Below, one piece after another: positions 1 to 12,829 of a stretch of 64,000 nucleotides of DNA; the first letter of the stretch is position 1; every line of letters starts with the position of its first letter. Source of the DNA: Malacoraja senta (Eukaryota). A model generated the notes under the pieces. The model saw nothing but the letters and a program-made list of their open reading frames with translations, searched no databases and was not told where the DNA came from. Made by a program: the position numbers and the translations under genes. The stretch spans positions 14,510,001 to 14,574,000 of the forward strand of contig CM075989.1 of assembly GCA_038087875.1 (NCBI GenBank). The letters run 5' to 3'.

Positions 1-854
1 CTCCTCTCTTCCAGCTTTCCCCCCACCGCCAACAAAATCAGTCTGAAGAAGGGTCCTAACCTGAAACGTCATGTTCTCCAGATATGCTGCCTGACTCCTT
101 GAGTTACTCCAGCACTTTGTGTCTTTATTTGTAAACCAGCAAGCCCCAGGACTCTCATCACTTCCTGGGCCTTAACATTCACTGTATATGTCCAGGCCTA
201 GTTTAACTTCCCAAAATACATCTCTTTACATTTGTCTGAGTTCAGATCCATCGACCTGCTTGTCCACTGTTGTAACAGATACTGTTATGACCCAATGAAT
301 GCAACCTTCTTCACTGTCCAATTTTGGTGTCTTCATTATACTTACTACTCATACCATCCACATTCTCACGTAAGGTGCAATGTTCTCTGTAGTTCCCTTG
401 TTTAACCCCGCTGTCCTAATTGAATAAAGACGCAACATTAGCCCCCCTTCAGTCTTCTGGAACCTCATCTATGGCTATTAAAGATACAATTATCTCTGCC
501 GGGGTTCCAGCAGTCACCTCACTTGCTTCCCACAATGTCCTAGGAAACATTAGACACTCCCTGGAGATTTATCCACTGTCTTGTACAATAATCTATCTAC
601 ACTTCAACTTTAACCTGAAAATTCAGAAAGGATATTTCTCACCTCTGTTTCTCCCTCCACAGATGCCACCTGTGTTTATTTTTCCTGGTTTTCTTTCTTA
701 TTGCAGATTTCCAACATCTGCCGCATTCTTATTTTGTGATTTTAAAAATTACTGATTTGTTAAAGAATTGAAATCTGAGATACTAGGAGATCATGAAACG
801 AAACAATAAATCATTAACATTTGGATCCCAGAGTGAATAGCCGTTATCCCAATA

Positions 855-1150
855 CAGTGGTGCAGCTGGTAGAGCTGATGCCTCACAGTGCCAGAAACCT
901 GGGTTCAATCCTGACTTCGGGTGCTGTGTGTGTGGAGTTTGCACGTTCTCCCTGTGACCACGTGGGTTTCCTCCGGGTGCTCCAGTTTCTTCGCACATCC
1001 CAAAGACGTATGGGATTGTAGGTTAATTGGCCTCCATAAAGTGTGTAGGTAATGGATGTGAAAATGGGATAACAGAACTAGGGTGATCGATGGCCGGTGT
1101 GGACTTGGTGGGCTGTAGGGCCTGTTTCCATGCGGTATCTCTAAACCAAA
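855..1150 (+). mobile_element. tRNA-derived SINE (HE1/V-SINE-like)
   Basis: A box TGGTGCAGCTGG, B box GGTTCAATCC, central GGAGTTTGCACGTTCTCCC...GTGGGTTTCCTCCGGGTGCTCC, and CR1-like tail GGGCCTGTTTCC...(CTAAA)n. Confidence 0.85.
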
Positions 1151-2019
1151 TTATCATCCTAATACCAGGCAGTGACCCATTCTCCTGAAGGGGTTAGTTG
1201 ATGTAGTGCTGCAGTGAATAGCCATGACAAGAGTGCAGGGAAGTGTGGCTTTCTTACAGTTCTGCTCAAATTAGAATGGGGAAAATATGGAATATTTTTC
1301 AGTTCATCTGTTTATCATTTGAATATTTGTTTGTGCAGTCGGCCATTACAGCATAACCAACAGGCATGTGTGGAAGATTTCAGCACTTGGATCATTAGAC
1401 TGTGCATTGTTCTATGGAAAGAGCTTGTCTATTTCAATAAAGGTCGTGTGAAAGGAAATTAATAGAGGCATTATAGTTCAGCACGACACTTCTGTGAATA
1501 GTGACATCAAATGTTGCAGCGTATAATGACCCTACCGTTTTAAAAACTAGGGAGCTACCAACCCATGAGCCATATGTCCGACATAAGGAACATGTGGGAA
1601 TCTAAAATGAAGAATGTGATTTTAACAACTGCTCGCTTGTTAAAGAATTGTTAAGATCATAAAACTGAGCGTTAAATCATTATCATGTGGATCCCAGAGT
1701 CAACAGCCATTATCCTAATGTTTTTAAGATAACGCAGTGGCGCAACTGGTAGAGCTGCTGCCTCTCAGCACCAGAGACCCAGGTTCAATCCTGACCTTGG
1801 TGCTGTCTGTGTGGAGTTTGCAAGTTCTCCCTGTGACTACGTGATGTCGTTACACTGGAGATGTAAAACTAATGAGATTGAGCAGGGAGCATATATTTAC
1901 AAAATGAAAGCCAACTTTATTGATCCAAGTTAACTTCATAATAAATTAGTCTTTAGTCAACTTCTATATATGTAGAGGTATGTAAAGTTATGAGATGCAT
2001 TGATAAGGTCGATAGTCTG

Positions 2020-2790
2020 TGGGCCTGTCCCACTTAGGCGACTTTTTAGGCGAGTACATGAGACTCTGCGTTCGCCACATGGTCGCCACATGTTCGCTGG
2101 TGATCTTTGGTGAGTCTCCTTCATGGTCGCGAGGAGTTCCCGCATTCTGGGAACTGGTCGCGGCCTCAGTATGGTCGACGCACATTTGTCAACATGTTGA
2201 ATAAATTTCTGCGACCAAAAATTGGTTGCCATGGAGATAATCGATAATCCTGTAGTCGTAGGTGCAGTTGTAGTGGGGTCACCATGTAGTTATGGGTAGT
2301 CGAGGTAGTCCTAGGTAGTTTTAATTAATCGCTTTTGCTGACAGGTCATTTTCATTGGCTCATTGGGGGAAAAAAACATAAGTAGGAGTTTTCAGAACCA
2401 AGGGTAACCGACGCTCTCTTAAATGTCCGCCGAACTTCACAGCTGTGTATCTCTGGCTTATTAAAAGTTGTCTGGCTTTTTTAAAGTTGTCTCCACTCCT
2501 TCTCCCCTCTTCTCCCCCCTTCTCTCCCTCAACCCTTTTAAAGGACTTACCGTACACTGTGCTAGCCATCTTAATTACAGCGCCAACCTTCCTGTTCATC
2601 GTGGTGTGTGTCTGTATCACCTTGGCCTTGCACCGTGAGAATTTTTTAGACAGCGCTCCCCCGCTTGCCCTGGCCTTTGTGATTTGTGATGTGTGATGTG
2701 TGATGTGTGATGGTGTGTGAGTGTGTGTGAGTGTGTGTGAGTGTGTGTGAGTGTGTGTGAGAGTGTGTGTGAGAGTGTGTGTGAGAGTGT

Positions 2791-2841
<51 letters not shown>

Positions 2842-2880
2842 TGTGTGTGAGAGTGTGTGTGAGAGTGTGTGTGAGAGTGT

Positions 2881-2979
<99 letters not shown>

Positions 2980-3092
2980 TGTGGGTGTGTGTGTGTGGGT
3001 GTGTGGGTGTGTGGGTGTGTGGGTGTGTGGGTGTGTGGGTGTGTGGGTGTGTGTGTGTGTTCTCCACTCTGACAGTCACTCTGACAGGCCCA
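2020..3092. mobile_element. PIF/Harbinger-type non-autonomous element with an internal (GT)n expansion, inserted in a CR1 fragment
   Basis: Left end GGGCCTGTCCCACTTAGGCGACTTTTTAGGCGA resembles 57913. The right end is reduced to GACAGGCCC. The flanks GATAGTC and TCAGAATC rejoin as CR1 sequence. Confidence 0.7.
2680..3060. repeat. Compound (GT)n / (GTGTGTGA)n / (GTGTGG)n microsatellite
   Basis: Directly visible. Confidence 0.98.
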
Positions 3093-3387
3093 TCAGAATC
3101 GTTTTCTCATTATAGAGGTATCAAAACAAAGAGAGCGCTGGTTTAAGGTGAGGTTTTAAAGATCTAAAGAAAAGTAATTTTGCACAGCGTGGCTGATGTC
3201 TGAAACTCACTGGAATCAGATACAACCATCATGTTTAAGAGACATTTAGTCTGGCAGGGTATAGGAGGAAATGGCTAATAGGATAAATGTACGTGGTCAA
3301 AAGGGTTGGCTTGAACATGGTGGGCTGATCGGCCTCTTTCTGTGCAGTACACCACTATGGCTCTGTGACCTGGAGATGGAGAAGTAA

Positions 3388-3838
3388 TTGAGACCAAGCG
3401 GAGGCTTGGCGATCGTTTCGCCGAACACCTCCGTTCGGTCCGCAATAACCAACCTGACCTCCCGGTGGCTCAGCACTTCAACTCCCCCTCCCATTCTGTA
3501 TCCGACCTCTCTGTCCTGGGTCTCCTCCATGGCCAGAGCGAGCAACACCGGAAATTGGAGGAAATGCACCTCATATTCCGCTTGGGCAGTCTACATCCTG
3601 GGGGCATGAACATTGAATTCTCCCAATTTTGCTAGCCCTTGCTGTCTCCTCCTCTTCCTCAGCCCTCGGGCTGTCTCCTCCCATCCCTCAGCCCTCGGGC
3701 TCCTCCTCCGCCTTTTTCCTTTCTTCTCCCTACCCCCCATCAGTCTGAAGAAGGGTTTCGGCCCGAAACGTTGCCTATTTCCTTCGCTCCATAGATGCTG
3801 CTGCACCCGCTGAGTTTCTCCAGCATTTTTGTCTACCA
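3388..3838 (+). mobile_element. Penelope-like element 3' fragment (GIY-YIG end plus terminal repeat)
   Basis: GAGACCAAGCGGAGGCTTGGCGATCGTTTCGCCGAACAC encodes ETKRRLGDRFAEH. Peptides PVAQHFNSPSH and GMNIEFS follow. The terminal repeat carries a hammerhead motif at 3745-3772. Confidence 0.9.
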
Positions 3839-4459
3839 TTAAGAATGGGGAGTTGTGGAAGTCCTCTGGGTAGAGCTGACAACACATGGGTGTATTGTGC
3901 TGCTGAGCCAAGTGGCACAGTTGATATGCTGCTTCAAATACATTTTGTTATTGCTCCAGCTACTCTTAATCTGACACCACATAACAGAAGAAAAATCCCA
4001 ATCAGTGAAGGAGAAAATTCCAGTAAGAATTCCAGCTGCCACTGAATAATTCTTATCACCTCTTCCTAAGTTGCATTGGAGTCTCAAATTCAGTAAATCC
4101 TATTAGTATGGTCTGGAAAAATTAAAGACTTTGAATTCTATCTCTTGGGCCTTGTGGATAAGTCATAAGTGAATGATAACAGCTCTGATGAGATGGAGAG
4201 TGAACTATTGCTGGTACTCTGAAACAAAACTGTGGTGTTAATAAATGCATTTCAGCATCCAGCACAAAACAATTCCGGCATCTTTGTATCACTAGTTATT
4301 TTTTAATCAACTATTCCAATTACATTTTTTCGATAAGAACATTGCATTTTTGACGTTTCATGCCATAAAAATGGGAACTGGAGATTTCTGCCTACCTGAA
4401 TCTAATTGTAACCTCAGCAGGCTGATGTGTTGTGTTAAGTCATATTTACAGTAGATTCG

Positions 4460-4715
4460 TGGAGTCATACAGCACAGAAACAGGTCCTGCAAACCAACTT
4501 GTCCATGCTGAGCAAGATGCCCCATCTAAGCTAGCCCCACCTGCCCATGTTTGGCCCAATCCCTCTGAATCGTTCCTCTCCTTGAACCTGTCCAAGTGTA
4601 TTTTAAATGCAGTTATAGTACCTGCCTCAACTACCTCCTCTGGCAGCTTATTCCATATACCCACCTCTGTCTTACATTAAACAAATGTCCTCTGGTTCCC
4701 TGCCCTGGGTAAAAG
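4460..4715 (-). mobile_element. CR1 LINE 3' end
   Basis: ORF 4446-4664 reads GIWNKLPEEVVEAGTITAFKIHLDR. Confidence 0.8.
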
Positions 4716-5710
4716 ATTGAATTGAGCATGAGCATCAGATTGCTGATACCAGCTGCTGGCAGCACTAGATGTAGGCAAGGCATCACTGGGTGGTATGTAC
4801 GATGGCACAACAGAAGCACAGTGATGGCTGCTGGGGGTACTCTTGCAGCCTCCTGAAGAAGTCCTTGCCCTCCGAGCACCACCACAATATGAGCATTTAT
4901 TGACATCCTCCTGATCACTGCACCAAACCCGACGGTACATGTGAGTGCGGCCGGCTGTTAACTGGATTCCTGATTCGCAAGGATTTGAGAGGCTTTCCTG
5001 GAGACCACTGGATAAGTGAAGGTGATAGGTAGTCAGTCAGTCCTGTACCTCGATACCTACCCTGACCCTACCACCTGGTAAGGGATCAAAAACACTCCAT
5101 CATCAATTTTGAATTTAACCCTTTGAATATGAAGGGTTGTAACCTCATTAAAACGGATATCATCTCCGCGATCTTGTGAAACATGTTTGTGCTTAGGTTT
5201 TATTGGAAATCCTGGACATTAGTGGGAATGTGACAACAACCTTTGAGGCTGATGTTTGACTTCAGCCCAATGATGCGATGAAAATTCTTTTCATGCCAAA
5301 TAGATCCAGGGTTTGATTAATTTGGACATTCTGCTCTCGGTGGGGACAAAACCAACCAAGTATACATTAGACAATGGTGCTGATGGCCAACAGTTAAACA
5401 GATGGTAAAACTACTGAGTTTTAACCAGGAATACAATCCCCTTCTGACTTCACTGTCCAGTCACATGTGGTGGTACCAGCTTAATACTCAATGAATAAGA
5501 ATGATGTGCCAGCCACCAATTAGATAAACACATAAAGAGTAGCACAGAGATGAATAGAGGGAGAGTGGTTATATTCCACCTTCATTAAGATGGAGCTATT
5601 TCTGTGGATAAGAGGTGGGGGCAGTTCACACCAAACGTAAATCACAAATCAACAGCTTTTGCCCAAAGTCAAAACAGTTTAATGCACCAAGCTTCACGCA
5701 ACATAGTGAA

Positions 5711-5981
5711 TTTAGTTTAGAGATACAGCGTGGAAACAAGCCCTTTGACCCCCCGAGTCAGCGCCAACCAGCGATCACCCTAGTACTACTCAATTTACAA
5801 AAGCTAATTGACCTACAAACCTGCACATCTTTGAAGTGTGGGAGGGAACTGTAGCGTCTAGAGAAATCCCACGCGGTCACAGGGAGAAGATATAAACTCC
5901 ATATAGACAGCACCCATAGTCAGGATTGAACCCAGGTCTCTGGATGCTGTAAGGCAGTAAGTCTACCACGGCACCACTGTA
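5711..5981 (-). mobile_element. tRNA-derived SINE (HE1/V-SINE-like)
   Basis: Reverse complement of the same SINE. Confidence 0.85.
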
Positions 5982-7903
5982 CTGCACCAAACTATAAATT
6001 AAATCAGATGCTGGTTTTATGTTTACAGACACAACTACGAAACAAAGATTTTCATATAATTCGCGGAAGAGCATGTAGTTCCTCTGGTGGTTGTTAAGCC
6101 ATTTCTGCTCCGCGTTCCTTGTGCTCCGTGCTTGGACCCACACTGGTGCTGCCATCACTTTGTTGGATGTGTTCAGACTGTATTTTAATCACTCTCGGCA
6201 GCATCGAACCACTGAAGCTTGGAGCATTGGTGCTTTGAATCCAGACCCCGTTGGAAGATTCAGCTGATTAACGCTGGCTTGGTATCACCATCCCACTGCA
6301 ATCTAGCACTCTGCCAAACCCAAGGTCTCACCTCCTGAAGCATTCTTAGTGCATCACCCTGGTGAAAACAGAGCTCGCGTTGAGTGCAAATCTGTGGAGA
6401 CATTTCTGAACCCTCGTTAGAGGGATCCTCCAATTCACTGAGAGCATTGACCAATGGCCATGGAATTGAAATGTTTGCTTTTGGAGATATTTGACATAAT
6501 TTTCAGGAGATGGCTGAAAATGATCAGTGATTTACTCATGTTGGAATTCAAGAGTCAGCCTTAGATTATTGGCGGCACAGTGGTCAGGAATTGATCTGAA
6601 ACATCACCTGCCCATTTCCCTTTGCAGATCCACTGAGTTCCCAGAGGTTTGTGTTATGTTTCTTTACCGCCAACCTCTTTGTGTTGTCACTGTCACGGAG
6701 CTGTGACCTTGCACCCCAACCTCTGTCTGTATATCAATGCAGGGAATGTCCTGTTTATTTACTGTATTCTGTTTCTTCCCACATCCCATAGATGTGCAGG
6801 TTAATTGGCCATTGTAAATTGCCCCTAATGTGTGGGTGAGGGGAGGAGTTGCTGACAACATGGTGGGGAGGCGGTGTATGGGATCAATGTGGTGACTGCT
6901 TGGCTCAGATTGGCTGCGCTGAGGGTATGTTTCTGTACTGTATCACCCTGACACTATTTGACAAACCTGGCTACATGAATAGCAATGTGGCTCATTTTAA
7001 AGAACTGATTTGAAATTCAGTGCAGTGTTGCAGTGTAAATCTACCAGCATGAAGCGTACAAGTTTGAATGTGAAGAGCATGGGATCCCTCTTTGATAGAG
7101 CTCTATCCTTTGATTGATCTGTTTGCTCCACACAATGGCAGAACGCAACCTAGCTTGATAGGCACTGGGGTAAATACTTACAAGGGTGAAAATGCGGTGA
7201 TGTTATTGATGGGTCAGTGCTTCCAAAGCACCATTATCAAATGTCACGGGGCCTGTTTTGTTCCAATGGTTCGCTTTAGCTGGGAATTAAATTGCAGTAA
7301 CAGAATAATTAATTGAAAGAACAAGGGGAACAACCGGGCAGGTATCTTTCCTTTTCTATCGACATCCTCCATGGGCTGAACAGGAATATCATATCCGTAC
7401 AGAGTTAGTTTTGTCAAACTCTGATGCATGTTCCTTATATGCGGCGCACATACCCTTCGGAGAGTTTAGGAGAAATTTAGAAAGGCCTAGGAATATGCAG
7501 AGAGTTGAAGCCTAGATATACTGTGCAGGCAGATGAGATTAGTTTATCTTGATATCATGTTCAACATGGACAATGTGGAATGAAGGGCCAGTTTCTGTTC
7601 TATGTTCAAGGAATGTACAAACCGTGAGGGTGGAATGCAGGAGAGATTGTCCACTGGCATTTTACAAGCTGCAGCTACTGGACGGTAAGTGTGGAAGGAG
7701 AGTGCGGATGGTGGAGGGGAGAATTGTGGTGGAGGAAGAGCTTTACTCGTGAAATCATTGGGGGTTGTGGGATGTGATGGGGGTGGGGCCAAGTATATGA
7801 TGATAACAATTGGCATTCTAGACTTTAAAATCTAAACCACCTGCTGATCAGTGAACTCACGGAGCTGGTAAATCTGCAAAGTGTTAAGCAATAGTGGCAC
7901 AAG

Positions 7904-8190
7904 GGGTGGCACAGTGGTGCAGTGGTAGAGTTACTGCCTTAGAGCGCCAGAGACCCGGATTCCTCCTGACTACAGTATGTACAGAGTTTGTACATACTCC
8001 CATGGGTTTTGCTGAATGCTCCAGTTTCCTCCCACATTCCAAAGATGTGCAGGTTGGAAGTTAATTGTTTTTTGTAAATTGTCCATATTGTGTACTGTGG
8101 TACTAGTGTGTGGTCATAGGTCAATGTGGAATTGATGAGCTGAATGGCCTGTTTCCACACTGCACCTCTAGATTAATGCTAAACTAAACA
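7904..8190 (+). mobile_element. tRNA-derived SINE (HE1/V-SINE-like)
   Basis: GGCACAGTGGTGCAGTGGTAGAG head and CTAAA tail. Confidence 0.85.
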
Positions 8191-8652
8191 AAGAGATGAA
8201 CAGATGGATATCTCCCACGCAGCCCGTCATATGCAACTTGCCCTTAACTCTCGGCAGTGGATGTTTGATGAATGACTCCTTGCCTGAAATAACAGCCTCT
8301 ACTTTGCTCAAAACGCCTGTAATAATGTTTTGAAAGATTCTGTCTCTGAGAGAACTGGGATTACTTCCAATCAAGTTGGCAGATAGTTATTCAGACTCTT
8401 ACTGGTAAAGCATTTGGGTATCTTCATTTATAACTAAAAGCGCAGAATATACCAGAGACATGATTGTGGCCGAGATCACAGTCTGGGCCTCACTGACACC
8501 CGCGAGGACTCGTGTGTGCAGAACTGACCATTCGCAGACTGAAATATGGTGGTGTATTAAAGTGTAACGTTTCAATGAATCGTGTGGTTGTAGAATGTAA
8601 TGATATCATTGTGTACCTAAGCAACATCAGCACCACATGTTGGGAAGCCTAA

Positions 8653-9314
8653 AGGGCCTGTCCCACTTGGCCATCATTTACACGACAGGCTGGTAGTGAC
8701 TGACGCGCGACAGTTGCGCGACGGTCGCGCGCGTCATCATGCGTCCGCACAGCCGTCTGGAGCGCGTGACGTCATTTGAAGAAAAACCAAAAAGCTGGAG
8801 TAACTCAGCGGGACCGGCAGCATCTCTGGAGAGAAGGAATGGATGATGTTTCGGGTCGAGACTCTTCTCAGTCTGAAGAAGGGTTTTGACCCGAAACATC
8901 GCCCATTGCTTCTCTCCAGAGATGCTGCCGGTCCCGCTGAGTTACTCCAGCTTTTTGTATCCATCTCCAATTGTCTTGGCCCCGCTCTGGGAGTAGGAGT
9001 GGGGGCGGATCCGGATCCGCAACGGCCGTGAGCCCAGGCCGAGCTCGGCGATCGCTTGCCTGCTTCTGCTGCTGTTGGAGGTGAGACGTTGCGCCGCGCC
9101 AGGGTGTCCCACTTGGCCGTCATTTACCCGACAGGCCGGTGGCGCGCGAAGATTTCGTGCAGAACGAAATCCTGGAGCGCTGCGCGATACCGCACGCAAC
9201 TCCACACTCCTCCACGCCACTCCATGCGCCCGTCCCGCGCTACCCACACGCTACCCACACGCTACCAGGTCGCGTAAATGGCGTGCAAATGACGGCCAAG
9301 TGGGACAGGCCCCT
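8653..9314 (+). mobile_element. PIF/Harbinger-type MITE carrying an inverted pair of Penelope terminal repeats
   Basis: Ends are AGGGCCTGTCCCACTTGGCC and GGCCAAGTGGGACAGGCCCCT, flanked by TAA and TTA. CpG-rich interior with a ~180-bp palindrome centred at 8872. Confidence 0.85.
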
Positions 9315-9415
9315 TTATTGTTCAACGCCAGAATGAAGCTCCATCCTTGTCCCTGTATCCTGTGGATGGCAGCCTGTCCCAACAACCTGAACTCAAAGGC
9401 ACTAACTGCAAGGTC

Positions 9416-9725
9416 TTTAGTCTAGTTTAGAGATACAGCACGGAAGCAGGCCCTTCAGCCCATCCAGTCCGTGGCCAACCAGCGATCACCATACACTAAC
9501 ACTATCCTACACACTAGGGACAATTTACAATTTTTACCGAAACCATTTTACCTACAAAACTGCTCGTCTTGGAGTGTGGGAGGAAACCAGAGATCCCGGA
9601 GAAAATCCTCGCAGGCCACGGGGAGAACGTACATGCTCCGTACAGACAGCACCCGTAGTCAGGATCAAATCCGTGTTTCTGCCGCTGTTAGGCAGCGACT
9701 CTACCGCTGCGCCACCATGACGCCC
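9416..9725 (-). mobile_element. tRNA-derived SINE (HE1/V-SINE-like), full length
   Basis: Reverse complement head GGGCGTCATGGTGGCGCAGCGGTAGAG and a (CTAAA)n tail. Confidence 0.9.
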
Positions 9726-9771
9726 TTGAAGTATTGTTGGATTTGAGTTGGTGTGAAAATCTTTTGGCCGG

Positions 9772-11170
9772 GATCACTGGAACGAAGGAAGCTAAGGTGT
9801 GACCTTAGGTGAGGCCTATAAAATCGATGTGGCATTTTTTGAATAGGTATCAAAGAAAATTAATGATTGCAGAATGGTAGATTTACTATAACAATATTTA
9901 AAAGACAATTGGACAGCTACATGGATAGGAAAGGTTTAGAGTGATACAGGCCAAACCCAGGCAGGCGGGACTAGCTTGGATGGGGCATCTAGGCTGGCAT
10001 GGGTACGTTTGGCCAAAGGGCCTGTTTCCATGCTGCATGACTCTGACTCTATATGGTTTACATGGACATCAGTAAGGTATTTAACACAATTCCAAATGGT
10101 AGATTGGCTCCAAAGCTTAGGCACGAAGGATCTGCGGTGTGTTGGCAAACTGGATTCAAACCTGGCTGGGTGATAGGGGCAGAGGGTTGAGGTGGATGGG
10201 TGTTTTGCTGACTGTATATCTGTAATAAGTAGCGTACCACAGAGATTGTTGCTGGGACCTTTGCTCTTTGTAATCTATGAGTATAAATGGTTTGGATGAG
10301 AATGACTAGCCAGTTTGAAGATGACACATGAATTGGTGATGTCATAGATAATGAAGAAAGTTGTCATAGATTAGCAAGAAAGTTGGGTGGAGAGGTGATC
10401 ATTGGAGTTTAATCCAGTGTAAGGTAACACTTTGGGAAATCAAATTCTGGTAGGACATTCATAGGTAATAGCTGGGACCTTAGGAGTGTTGTGTACAATA
10501 AGACCTTGGGGTTCAAGAACATAGCTCCTTTCATTTAGCGACACAGCAGGATAGTATAACGAAGACGGCATTTGGCATTCTTAGGCTGAGGCGTTGAGTT
10601 TCAGAGTTGGGATGTTTAGTTTATTGTCACGTGTACCACGATACAGCGAGAAGCTTTTGTTTGCGTGCTATCCAGTCAAAAAAAAAAGACCCTACTGTGC
10701 AGCTGTACAAAGCATTGGTTAGACTGGAGTAGGAGTTGTGCACAGTGTAGGTCTCCACACTGTGGTACGATATGGTAGCATTAGAGAGACTGCACAAGAC
10801 ATCCACCAGGGTGTTGCCTGGAATGAAAGGCTGTAGTTATAAGGAGAGATTGGAAACACTCACTGGAACGAAGGAAGATGGGGGATGACCTTATAGAGGT
10901 TTATAAAATTTATATGGCATAGAAGGGTCACATAGACAGGGTTTCTCCCCCCAGGGCAGAGGAGTCTAGAACTTCAGGATACATGTTTAAGGTGACAAAA
11001 GAGACCTTTTAGGGAGATCTAAAAGGTATGTTTTTCACAGAGGGTGGCGGGTTTCTGGAATGAGCTGCCAGATGATGTGTTGGATACAATTACAACATTT
11101 GGACAGAGATTTGGGTTTGGCAAGGCTGAGATAGACACAGACCTAATGGGTACAAATGTAATAGCAGCAT
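9772..11170 (+). mobile_element. Two adjacent degenerate CR1 fragments with a Rex1-type tail inserted at ~10615-10680
   Basis: CR1-like strings such as CACTGGAACGAAGGAAG, GGTGTTGCCTGGAATG and GGAATGAGCTGCCAGA. Many stops. Confidence 0.7.
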
Positions 11171-12057
11171 TAGACGTCATGATTGCATGAATGAGGTTTC
11201 TTGCACTGTGGCCCGGGTTTGGGTGGGGTGGGGACTGGCCGTGTTCTGCCAGCCCACCTCAGTCCTTTACCCAGGTCCCTGTGTGAGACAACCGTTTGGC
11301 CTTGGAGTGGACGAGGGACTTGATCCTCGGAGCTACGATCATCAGTGACAATATGGGGGGGTGGTTGAGGAGCTTCACCTGGGCACGGAGCGCCTGTGTC
11401 AGGTGTTAATGTCAACCATTAATGTCCAGGCTATAAGGGTGAGGCTGGGCCAGGCAAGGAGGGATAGAACAGCTCAGGTGGGCTCTGAATGCCGCTGGTT
11501 ATTTGGTATTTGGATTGGTTTTAATTTTATACACAGGCAGAGCTCTGCTGGGGATGTTATCGTGGTTGGAGTTAAACACCAAAGCCAGTGTCGTCCAAGG
11601 GCCACAAGTACATGAGGGTCACGATTTACTGTGTGCAGGCCGTTGTCTATTGATGGAACCGTGTTCAGTGTAGAGTCAGTGACACACTGAAACATCCAGC
11701 ACAGAGGTCCCCGGGCTCCATCCATGCTGACCATTCGGCCCTTCAGCCTGCTCCTTACCCATCACCCCCATCAGGTTGTCGACTAAAGGGACTCACCTGA
11801 TCCCTTTTAAAATTACTCACGTAATTGGCAGTTTCCAGCCTGCGCTGATCTTCTTATCCCTCCTTTAACACATTTGTGAATGATTTCAGATTCATGACCT
11901 CTGGTTATTGATCTCTTTGCTAAAATCTGATCAATCTGAAGGAGGGTCTCGACCTGAAACGTCGCCCATTCCTTCCCTCCAGAGATGCTGCCTGTCCCGC
12001 TGAGTTACTCCAGCATTTTTGTGTCTACCAGTCTTTCTCAATCGACAGTCTCATAAC

Positions 12058-12257
12058 NNNNNNNNNNNNNNNNNNNNNNNNNNNNNNNNNNNNNNNNNNN
12101 NNNNNNNNNNNNNNNNNNNNNNNNNNNNNNNNNNNNNNNNNNNNNNNNNNNNNNNNNNNNNNNNNNNNNNNNNNNNNNNNNNNNNNNNNNNNNNNNNNNN
12201 NNNNNNNNNNNNNNNNNNNNNNNNNNNNNNNNNNNNNNNNNNNNNNNNNNNNNNNNN
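12058..12257. other. Assembly gap, 200 N
   Basis: Run of exactly 200 Ns, which suggests a placeholder size. Confidence 1.
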
Positions 12258-12829
12258 TAACATCCTGAGAGTCGAAGATGGAGCTGAGGCGATTTCCTCA
12301 CATTGTGATTTGTGTGGAAGTGTTTTACCAGAGCAACACAGTGGGAAGGGGATTTAAGGAGTAAAGCAGTTTTCCAACAGCATGGTTCATGGTGATACAT
12401 TTAATTGTCTTTTTAACCTTCATCTTAGATTTCAAATCTTCTGTGTTGACTGGGGACCCGATTTAATGATCTAATTAACATCCCACTTTGTTCCATTTCA
12501 TCATCCGCAGGTGGACTAATTGAACCACTTGTGGCCTTCCTAGGAAACCCATTGGTTGCATTTCTCTCAGTTGCCTGTTATGTCGAACGTTTTCCCACAT
12601 GCTACGCAAGGCATAATCAATTTATGCGTTGAAGAAAACATTAAGTAGCAATCAAAAGGCTAAAGCTGAGAAATCTCCATTACTGGTGTAACATGCCTGT
12701 ATATAATAACACTTACGATTGAACATTAATTTACAGTGAGAGAAAATTCAAATTAATCCAGCTTCAGATCTGGGTAATGTACGTAGTGTTGAGGAGGTGA
12801 TGCTGTCCTTTGGGCCGTGCTGGGACTTT

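Noticed and set aside
2360..3146. Long His/Thr and Cys/Val ORFs
   Set aside because: These are translations of a (GT)n microsatellite.
4677..5030. Minus-strand ORF containing CSYC as a possible zinc-finger exon
   Set aside because: No recognisable domain, no convincing splice-site pair, and it runs into a CR1 fragment.
12019..12400. ORFs spanning the N run
   Set aside because: Artefacts of the assembly gap.
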